IMG/VR virus record: IMGVR_UViG_2667527592_000010
Length of the DNA stretch: 5,186 nt
Source of the DNA: a virus
Taxonomy: Duplodnaviria > Heunggongvirae > Uroviricota > Caudoviricetes
Direction: 5' to 3' (one strand)
Shown: one piece after another, positions 1-5,186 of the stretch
Layout: each line of letters begins with the position of its first letter
How positions within the stretch are numbered: the stretch's first letter is position 1
Program-made: the position numbers and the translations under genes
Notes under the pieces: generated by a model
Databases searched by the model: none
What the model was told of the DNA's origin: nothing
The model's input: only the letters and a program-made list of their open reading frames with translations

Positions 1-114
1 TTTACTGAAGATGCCATTAACAAGAGAAAACAAGAACGGGAGCTATTAAATAAAATATGCATTGTTTCAATGCTGGCTCGTTTACGTCTGATGCCAAAAG
101 GATGTGCACAATGA
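1..114 (+). CDS. 3' end of an upstream prophage gene (partial; start lies outside the window); product unknown
   Basis: Frame 1 is open from the window edge (…FTEDAINKRKQERELLNKICIVSMLARLRLMPKGCAQ*) to TGA at 112-114. The stop overlaps the ATG at 111 of the next gene (ATGA), a typical coupled-operon junction. No start codon is visible in the window, so the call rests on the open frame and the junction only. Confidence 0.3.
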   Translation, partial: FTEDAINKRKQERELLNKICIVSMLARLRLMPKGCAQ

Positions 115-314
115 ATTCAGCATTTGCGCTTGTTCTGACAGTTTTTCTTGTTTCCGGAGAGCCAGTTGATATTGCAGTCAGTGTTCACAGGACAATGCAG
201 GAGTGTATGACTGCAGCAACCGAACAGAAAATTCCCGGTAACTGTTACCCGGTTGATAAAGTTATTCGCATGGACAATAACGAAATCCCGGCAGGACTTA
301 AAGCAGCACCGTAA
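111..314 (+). CDS. Small hypothetical protein (67 aa) with N-terminal signal-peptide-like hydrophobic segment and two Cys; likely exported
   Basis: ATG at 111 is preceded by AAGGA (98-102) at about 8 nt spacing. The N-terminus MNSAFALVLTVFLVSGEP is a hydrophobic h-region with a possible signal peptidase I site after VSG and no lipobox. Stop is TAA at 312-314. The ORF track starts this frame at 57, but that start has no Shine-Dalgarno and would bury the hydrophobic segment. Confidence 0.55.
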   Translation: MNSAFALVLTVFLVSGEPVDIAVSVHRTMQECMTAATEQKIPGNCYPVDKVIRMDNNEIPAGLKAAP

Positions 315-394
315 TTAATATCCGGTTTCATTTTTAGATGCCAGCAATGGCAGGGATTTGTTCACCCTTAAATCTGTAATGAGGTTAAAACAAA

Positions 395-2866
395 ATGAGT
401 AAAGTCTTTATTTGCGCCGCCATTCCGGACGAACAGGCAATAAAGGAAGAAGGTGCAGTTGCTGTAGCCACTGCCATTGAAGCCGGTGACGAACGCCGCG
501 CCCGTGCCAAATTTACCTGGCAATTCCTGGAGCGATATCCGGCTGCTCAGGACTGCGCTTATAAATTTCTTGTCTGCGAGGATAAACCCGGCATGCCCCG
601 CCCTGCTATCGACTCCTGGGATACCGAATATATGCAGGAAAACCGCTGGGATGAGGAATCCGCTTCCTTTATTCCGGTCGAACCAGAATCCGATCCGATG
701 AACGTCAATTTTGACAAGCTGGCCCCTGAAGTACAGAACGCTGTCATGGTTAAGTTCGGTACATGTGAAAACATCTCCGTTGATATGGTGATTAGTGCAC
801 AGGAACTGTTGCAGGAAGACATGGCAACATTCGACGGACATATCGTTGAAGCGTTGATGAAAATGCCAGAAGTTAACGCCATGTATCCGGAGCTTAAGCT
901 GCATGCCATCGGGTGGGTTAAACATAAATGTAAGCCTGGTGCCAAATGGCCCGAAATTCAGGCAGAGATGCGCATCTGGAAAAAACGTCGCGAAGGTGAA
1001 CGCAAGGAAACCGGAAAATACACGTCTGTTGTTGATCTCGCCCGCGCCAGAGCCAATCAACAGTACACTGAAAATTCAACAGGAAAAATCAACCCGGTCA
1101 TTGCTGCCACTCATCGCGAATACAAGCAGACATGGAAAACACTGGATGACGAACTGGCCTACGCTCTCTGGCCTGGTGATGTGGATGCCGGAAACATTGA
1201 CGGCAGCATCCATCGCTGGGCAAAAAATGAAGTTATCGACAACGACCGCGAAGACTGGAAGCGTATCTCGGCATCAATGCGCAAACAGCCTGATGCCCTT
1301 CGCTACGACCGCCAGACTATTTTTGGCCTTGTCCGTGAACGTCCGATCGACATTCACAAAGCCCCTGTGGCACTGAACAAATACATTACTGAATACCTGA
1401 CTACAAAGGGCGTGTTTGAAGATGAAGGAAGAAATCAGAGCGCAACTGATACTCTCTCGTCGCCAGTACCAGAAACTGATGCAGTGGAAACGGCAATTCC
1501 GGACAACGAAAAAACCGAATGCGAAGTGGAAGCCGAACCATCTGTAGAGCGTGAGGGACCGTTCTACTTCCTTTTCACCGATAAGGACGGCAAAAAATAC
1601 GGTCGCGCAAACAAACTTTCTGGTCTGGAAAAAGCACTGGCCTTGGGAGCTACGGAAATCACAAAAGAGGAATACTTCGCACGTAAAAACGGCACGCACT
1701 CAGGTTCACAACAAAATACTGGTGCATCTGACACGACCACACAACCAGAGCCGGTAAAAGTTACCGCTGACGAAGTAAACAAAATTATGCAGGCAGCCAA
1801 TATCAGCCAGCCTGACGCCGATAAGTTGCTTGCTGCCTCTCGCGGAGAATTTGTTGCAGGGATTAGCGACCCGAATGATCCGAAATGGGTGAAGGGGATT
1901 GAAACCCGCGATTCTGTAAACCAGAACCAGCAAGAATCGGAACAGAACGACCAGAAAGCGGAACAAAACAGTCAAAATGCGTTACAAAACGAGCCTGAAA
2001 CGAAACAACCTGAGCCAGTAGCGCAACAGGAACCGGAAAAAGTCTGCACCGCCTGCGGTCAGAGCGGTGGCGGCAACTGCCCTGATTGTGGCGCGGTGAT
2101 GGGCGACGCAACATACCAGGAAACATTCGATGAAGAGAATCAGGTTGAAGTTCAGGAAAATGATCCGGAGGAAACGGAAGGCGCTGAACATCCACACAAG
2201 GAGAACCCTGGCGGCAATCAGCATCACGCCAGCGATAATAAAACTGGCGAGGCGACAGATCCCTTAATTAAGGTGAATGGTCATCATAAGCTCACATCCA
2301 CCAGCAGAGCGGGGATTCATCTGATGATCGACCTTGAAACCATGGGAAAAAATCCCGATGCCCCGATTATCTCAATAGGCGCAATATTTTTCGATCCACA
2401 AACCGGAGATATGGGACCGGAATTTAGCAAGACCATCGATCTGGATACTGCTGGCGGAGTCATTGATCGTGACGTCATTAAATGGTGGCTAAAGCGATCA
2501 CGTGAAGCGCAGTCTGCCATTATGACCGATGAAATCCCGTTAGATGATGCACTACTGCAATTGCGGGAATTTATCGACGAAAACTCCGGTGAATTTTTTG
2601 TTCAGGTCTGGGGTAATGGGGCCAACTTCGACAACGTGATTTTACGCCGTTCATACGAACGACAGGGTATCCCCTGCCCGTGGCGCTACTGCAACGATCG
2701 CGATGTACGCACAATCGTTGAGCTGGGGAAAGCCATAGACTTCGATGCCAGAACTGCTATCCCATTCGAAGGTGAGCGCCATAATGCACTTGATGACGCT
2801 CGTTACCAGGCAAAATACGTTTCAGCTATCTGGCAAAAACTGATCCCGAGTCAGGCTGATTTTTAA
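395..2866 (+). CDS. Large multidomain phage nuclease (823 aa): N-terminal domain of unknown function, central block recalled as RecE (exonuclease VIII)-like, acidic Q/E/N-rich linker with a Cys4 zinc ribbon, and C-terminal DnaQ-like DEDDh 3'-5' exonuclease domain
   Basis: Single uninterrupted 2472-nt ORF with GAGG (381-384) about 10 nt upstream of ATG 395 and TAA at 2864-2866. C-terminal motifs are visible directly: Exo I LMIDLETMG (D646, E648), Exo II GNGANFDNVIL (D745), Exo III HNALDDARY (H796, D801). The central block KLLAASRGEFVAGISDPNDPKWVKGIETRD (aa 476-506) matches my recollection of a conserved block in Rac RecE; this is from memory and unverified. Confidence 0.9.
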   Translation: MSKVFICAAIPDEQAIKEEGAVAVATAIEAGDERRARAKFTWQFLERYPAAQDCAYKFLVCEDKPGMPRPAIDSWDTEYMQENRWDEESASFIPVEPESDPMNVNFDKLAPEVQNAVMVKFGTCENISVDMVISAQELLQEDMATFDGHIVEALMKMPEVNAMYPELKLHAIGWVKHKCKPGAKWPEIQAEMRIWKKRREGERKETGKYTSVVDLARARANQQYTENSTGKINPVIAATHREYKQTWKTLDDELAYALWPGDVDAGNIDGSIHRWAKNEVIDNDREDWKRISASMRKQPDALRYDRQTIFGLVRERPIDIHKAPVALNKYITEYLTTKGVFEDEGRNQSATDTLSSPVPETDAVETAIPDNEKTECEVEAEPSVEREGPFYFLFTDKDGKKYGRANKLSGLEKALALGATEITKEEYFARKNGTHSGSQQNTGASDTTTQPEPVKVTADEVNKIMQAANISQPDADKLLAASRGEFVAGISDPNDPKWVKGIETRDSVNQNQQESEQNDQKAEQNSQNALQNEPETKQPEPVAQQEPEKVCTACGQSGGGNCPDCGAVMGDATYQETFDEENQVEVQENDPEETEGAEHPHKENPGGNQHHASDNKTGEATDPLIKVNGHHKLTSTSRAGIHLMIDLETMGKNPDAPIISIGAIFFDPQTGDMGPEFSKTIDLDTAGGVIDRDVIKWWLKRSREAQSAIMTDEIPLDDALLQLREFIDENSGEFFVQVWGNGANFDNVILRRSYERQGIPCPWRYCNDRDVRTIVELGKAIDFDARTAIPFEGERHNALDDARYQAKYVSAIWQKLIPSQADF
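2306..2863 (+). other. DEDDh (DnaQ/RNase T-like) 3'-5' exonuclease domain within the 823-aa protein
   Basis: All three exonuclease motifs are present with normal spacing: D-x-E (nt 2330-2338), the FD motif (nt about 2618-2632) and H-x4-D (nt 2780-2797). Domain boundaries are approximate. Confidence 0.75.
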
Positions 2867-2881
2867 TGTTCAACCCTAATT

Positions 2882-2907
2882 GCCGCTAACCGTATATAGT
2901 TAGCGGC
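2882..2907. promoter_or_regulatory. Perfect 9-bp inverted repeat (GCCGCTAAC-N8-GTTAGCGGC) in the 58-bp spacer between the nuclease gene and the xis-like gene; candidate protein-binding palindrome or RNA hairpin
   Basis: Stem arms at 2882-2890 and 2899-2907 are exact reverse complements, with loop CGTATATA. No T-tract follows on either strand, so it is not a canonical intrinsic terminator. Confidence 0.35.
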
Positions 2908-2924
2908 GGTTATGAGATATAGCT

Positions 2925-3128
2925 ATGAGCAGCTTATTTTTAACCGAAGATGAATTGCTAATATTAACGGGCTGCAAATATGCAAGCCACCAGCGAAAAT
3001 GGTTAATGGAAAACGGGCTTCCGTTCTATACCAATCGTAGTGGCAAACCGATTGTCAGCCGGGATCTATTTACCTGCAATAAAACTTTACCACCACGCGA
3101 GGTAGAGCCCAATTTTGGTGCGATCTGA
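2925..3128 (+). CDS. Small integrase-associated protein (67 aa), DUF4224-like; putative excisionase / recombination directionality factor
   Basis: ORF lies immediately upstream of int and its TGA stop (3126-3128) overlaps the int ATG (3128-3130) as TGATG. The sequence MSSLFLTEDELLILTGCKYASHQRKWLMENGLPF resembles, from memory, the small DUF4224 proteins commonly found next to lambdoid integrases. The Xis function is inferred from position and size, not shown. Confidence 0.65.
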   Translation: MSSLFLTEDELLILTGCKYASHQRKWLMENGLPFYTNRSGKPIVSRDLFTCNKTLPPREVEPNFGAI

Positions 3129-4153
3129 TGGGAAGACGAAGGAAAAATCCTGAACACGAAAAATTACCTCCAAATGTATACCCAAATAAATATAGTTATG
3201 TATGGAAACCAACATCCAGAGAATCTGTCACACTAACCGCCATCAAGGATGGTTTAGCTGCTTTATGGAAAAAGTATGAGGAAACTGTAAATAATCGCGA
3301 TCGTGCAATGACATTCGGTCGCTTGTGGGAAAAATTCCTCGCCAGCGCCTATTACAGTGACCTTAGTCCAAGAACACAAAAAGATTATCTGCAACATCAA
3401 AAAAAGTTGCTTGCCGTATTCGGTAAGGTACCAGCGGATTCCATAAAACCAGAACACATCCGTCGATACATGGACAAAAGAGGGGAGCAGAGTAAAACGC
3501 AAGCCAACCATGAAAAAAGCAGTATGTCCCGTGTTTACAGTTGGGGGTATGAGCGAGGGTACGTGAAGGCTAACCCATGTGCAGGTGTAAGTAAATTCAA
3601 GGCCAAAAACCGCGAACGATATGTAACCGACAAAGAATACCAGGCAGTATTAAGCGTTGCACCTCTTCCTGTTTTTATCGCAATGGAAATTGCCTATCTG
3701 TGTGCAGCGAGGGTTTCCGATGTGTTATCGCTGAAATGGGAACAGATTGGAAACGACGGGATATTCATCCAGCAAGGGAAAACCGGAAAAAAACAGATAA
3801 AAGCATGGAGCCCACGATTACAGGCAGCGATCGAAAAAGCAAAACAGTTACCAAAATCTGCCTATGTGATCAGCAATCAATACGGCAACCGATATATGTA
3901 CAAAGGCTTTAACGAAATGTGGGTAGATGCAAGAAATCGTGCTGGAAAAATTTCAGGTATTTTAACCGACTTCACCTTTCATGATCTGAAGGCGAAAGGA
4001 ATTTCAGACTATGAAGGAAGCAGCCGGGATAAGCAACTTTTCTCTGGTCACAAAACCGAAGGGCAAGTGCTAATCTATGACAGGAAGGTTAAAGTTTCAC
4101 CAACACTTGATGTCCCGTTACCTGAAAATATTCCAAGAAAATATTCCAAGTAA
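3128..4153 (+). CDS. int: Lambda-family tyrosine integrase (341 aa)
   Basis: N-terminus MGRRRKNPEHEKLPPNVYP parallels the lambda Int arm-binding N-terminus (MGRRR…LPPNLY, from memory). Catalytic-region signatures are present: R195 in ARVSDVLSLKW, H285-x-x-K288, H308 and Y317 in GHKTEGQVLIYDRK. It sits adjacent to a tRNA 3' end, with GGTG 8 nt upstream of the ATG and TAA at 4151-4153. Confidence 0.93.
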   Translation: MGRRRKNPEHEKLPPNVYPNKYSYVWKPTSRESVTLTAIKDGLAALWKKYEETVNNRDRAMTFGRLWEKFLASAYYSDLSPRTQKDYLQHQKKLLAVFGKVPADSIKPEHIRRYMDKRGEQSKTQANHEKSSMSRVYSWGYERGYVKANPCAGVSKFKAKNRERYVTDKEYQAVLSVAPLPVFIAMEIAYLCAARVSDVLSLKWEQIGNDGIFIQQGKTGKKQIKAWSPRLQAAIEKAKQLPKSAYVISNQYGNRYMYKGFNEMWVDARNRAGKISGILTDFTFHDLKAKGISDYEGSSRDKQLFSGHKTEGQVLIYDRKVKVSPTLDVPLPENIPRKYSK

Positions 4154-4160
4154 TTCCAAG
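4125..4160 (+). repeat. Tandem direct repeats (13-bp unit AAAATATTCCAAG x2 plus a partial third copy TAATTCCAAG) spanning the int stop codon; candidate integrase arm-type binding sites
   Basis: Units at 4125-4137 and 4138-4150 are identical; 4151-4160 is a 10-bp partial copy with one mismatch. The array overlaps the last codons of int (…NIPRKYSK*) and lies about 45 bp from the tRNA 3' end, where the P' arm of an attL would be expected. Confidence 0.6.
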
Positions 4161-4205
4161 TGTGATTTTTGTCACTGACTTAATGATGTGTAAGTGATTG
4201 AATTT

Positions 4206-4295
4206 TGGCGGAGAGAGGGGGATTTGAACCCCCGGTGGAGTTGCCCCCACTCCGGTTTTCGAGACCGGTCCGTTCAGCCGCTCCGGCATCTCTCC
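4206..4295 (-). tRNA. serU: tRNA-Ser, anticodon CGA (type II tRNA with long variable arm), intact with encoded CCA
   Basis: Reverse complement of 4206..4295 reads GGAGAGATGCCGGAGCGGCTGAACGGACCGGTCTCGAAAACCGGAGTGGGGGCAACTCCACCGGGGGTTCAAATCCCCCTCTCTCCGCCA. It has a 7-bp acceptor stem, anticodon loop CTCGAAA, a 6-bp variable stem (GUGGGG/CUCCAC with one G-U pair), T-arm GGGGG-TTCAAAT-CCCCC, discriminator G and CCA. Confidence 0.95.
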
Positions 4296-4330
4296 GTTCA
4301 GATGGTTGCCATGATGCCAGGAAATTTGGC

Positions 4331-4339
4331 ATTTTAACA
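4331..4339 (-). promoter_or_regulatory. Candidate extended -10 element (TGtTAAAAT) for serU transcription
   Basis: The minus strand reads cTGTTAAAATgc about 35 nt upstream of the tRNA 5' end. No convincing -35 is present, so this is a weak call. Confidence 0.2.
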
Positions 4340-4388
4340 GTCCCTGTCCGTGCAATTTTGTTCAAGTGACGAGTTTGCGAGCAAAACG

Positions 4389-5186
4389 ATGATTAAGTGG
4401 CCCTGGAAAGTACAAGAATCAGCACATCAAACTGCCCTTCCCTGGCAGGAAGCACTATCGATCCCCCTTTTAACGTGTCTGACAGAACAGGAACAAAGCA
4501 AATTGGTCGCTCTTGCCGAACGTTTTTTACAGCAAAAACGGCTTGTTCCTTTACAGGGCTTTGAGCTGAATTCATTAAGAAGCTGCCGGATAGCACTTCT
4601 ATTTTGCCTGCCCGTTCTGGAGTTAGGACTGGAATGGCTGGATGGTTTTCATGAAATCTTAATTTATCCTGCGCCATTTGTGGTCGATGATGAATGGGAA
4701 GACGATATCGGTCTGGTGCATAACCAACGTATTGTTCAGTCAGGTCAGAGCTGGCAGCAAGGGCCTATCGTTTTGAACTGGTTGGATATACAAGATTCTT
4801 TTGATGCTTCTGGTTTTAACCTGATTATTCATGAAGTCGCTCATAAGCTGGACACCCGTAACGGCGATCGCGCCAGCGGAGTTCCCTTTATTTCGTTGCG
4901 TGAGGTTGCTGGCTGGGAACACGATCTTCATGCTGCAATGAACAACATTCAGGAAGAAATCGAATTAGTTGGTGAGAATGCGGCGAGCATTGATGCTTAT
5001 GCTGCCAGTGATCCTGCTGAATGTTTTGCCGTACTTTCTGAATATTTCTTTAGCGCCCCAGAACTTTTTGCTCCTCGTTTCCCTTCATTGTGGCAACGTT
5101 TCTGTCAATTTTATCAACAAGATCCTTTGCAGAGACTGCATCACGCTAATGATACAGACTCGTTTTCGGCGACGAATGTTCATTAA
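4389..5186 (+). CDS. mtfA: MtfA (Mlc titration factor A), zinc-dependent peptidase with HEXXH motif; chromosomal gene
   Basis: The protein from ATG 4389 ([23 protein letters not shown]…HEVAHKLD…SATNVH) matches my memory of E. coli MtfA at about 265 aa. TAA is at 5184-5186. The ORF track's start at 4350 adds 13 codons that I consider unlikely to be translated. Confidence 0.93.
   Translation: MIKWPWKVQESAHQTALPWQEALSIPLLTCLTEQEQSKLVALAERFLQQKRLVPLQGFELNSLRSCRIALLFCLPVLELGLEWLDGFHEILIYPAPFVVDDEWEDDIGLVHNQRIVQSGQSWQQGPIVLNWLDIQDSFDASGFNLIIHEVAHKLDTRNGDRASGVPFISLREVAGWEHDLHAAMNNIQEEIELVGENAASIDAYAASDPAECFAVLSEYFFSAPELFAPRFPSLWQRFCQFYQQDPLQRLHHANDTDSFSATNVH

Larger units (their letters stand above)
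1..4205. mobile_element. Integrase-proximal (left) arm of a lambdoid prophage integrated at the 3' end of tRNA-Ser(CGA); the att core probably extends into the tRNA 3' portion
   Basis: The gene order nuclease - xis-like - int, all oriented toward a tRNA 3' end, mirrors the lambda pL-side layout (exo … xis int att). The integrase is lambda-type and the flanking genes (serU, mtfA) are chromosomal. The other prophage boundary is outside the window, so the att core cannot be delimited. Confidence 0.75.

Noticed and set aside
57-110. Upstream start (ATG 57) for the small protein, giving 85 aa
   Set aside because: It has no Shine-Dalgarno and would bury the hydrophobic segment. ATG 111 has AAGGA at good spacing and puts the signal-like segment at the N-terminus. 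The 57 start is not excluded.
338-379. A 13-codon mini-ORF (MPAMAGICSPLNL) and the small inverted repeat TGCCA-gcaa-TGGCA in the spacer upstream of the nuclease gene
   Set aside because: The ORF is too short and has no ribosome-binding site, and a 5-bp inverted repeat is expected by chance.
368-2520. Multiple ORFs of 67-230 aa inside the 823-aa gene: antisense (368..1060, 559..945, 1274..1699, 1564..1800, 1706..1975, 1863..2195, 1982..2227, 2317..2520) and alternative + frames (477..701, 903..1376, 1551..1757)
   Set aside because: All lie within or overlap the long uninterrupted frame that carries recognisable domains. They have no convincing ribosome-binding sites and their products are low-complexity or odd in composition, as expected for shadow ORFs.
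2882-2907. The 9-bp inverted repeat as a rho-independent terminator
   Set aside because: There is no run of T after the stem on either strand, so it is kept only as a generic regulatory hairpin.
3263-3912. ORFs 3263..3511 (-) and 3700..3912 (+) inside the integrase gene
   Set aside because: Both are embedded in the integrase frame, which has clear family signatures. They look like chance open frames in an AT-rich gene.
4125-4160. The tandem repeats as a CRISPR or minisatellite array
   Set aside because: There are only 2.8 copies of a 13-bp unit with no spacers; too short for CRISPR and better explained as att arm repeats.
4089-4365. ORFs 4089..4355 (-) and 4180..4365 (-) overlapping the tRNA
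   Set aside because: They run through the tRNA-Ser gene and the att region; the tRNA call is far better supported.
4350-4388. Upstream start (ATG 4350) for mtfA, adding [13 protein letters not shown]
   Set aside because: MtfA as I remember it starts MIKWPWK. The extension would begin only about 55 bp from the tRNA 5' end, inside the likely tRNA promoter region.
4296-4388. An mtfA promoter (for example TTGCCA at 4306-4311)
   Set aside because: No acceptable -10 hexamer lies at 16-18 bp spacing, so it cannot be called from sequence alone.
4393-4931. Antisense ORFs 4393..4677 and 4740..4931 inside mtfA
   Set aside because: They are shadow ORFs opposite a gene I recognise as mtfA.

Overview
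This window looks like the integrase-proximal end of a lambdoid prophage inserted at the 3' end of a tRNA-Ser(CGA) gene, next to the chromosomal gene mtfA, in an E. coli-like enterobacterium. All phage genes are on the + strand and run toward the attachment site: the tail of an upstream gene (1..114), a small signal-peptide protein (111..314), an 823-aa multidomain nuclease (395..2866), a small excisionase-like protein (2925..3128) and a lambda-type tyrosine integrase (3128..4153). The tRNA is on the - strand (4206..4295) and mtfA follows on the + strand (4389..5186, to the window edge). The most interesting object is the 823-aa protein: its C-terminus carries clear DnaQ-like DEDDh (3'->5') exonuclease motifs, whereas phage recombination exonucleases (lambda Exo, RecE) are 5'->3' PD-(D/E)xK enzymes. 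No Bet/RecT-like gene lies between it and xis/int. Other points worth checking are a Cys4 zinc ribbon in its acidic linker, a possible Arg->Lys change at a conserved integrase active-site position, tandem repeats at the int 3' end, and a 9-bp hairpin upstream of the xis-like gene. Everything here is read by eye from the sequence; no homology search or folding was run, and similarities to known proteins are from memory.
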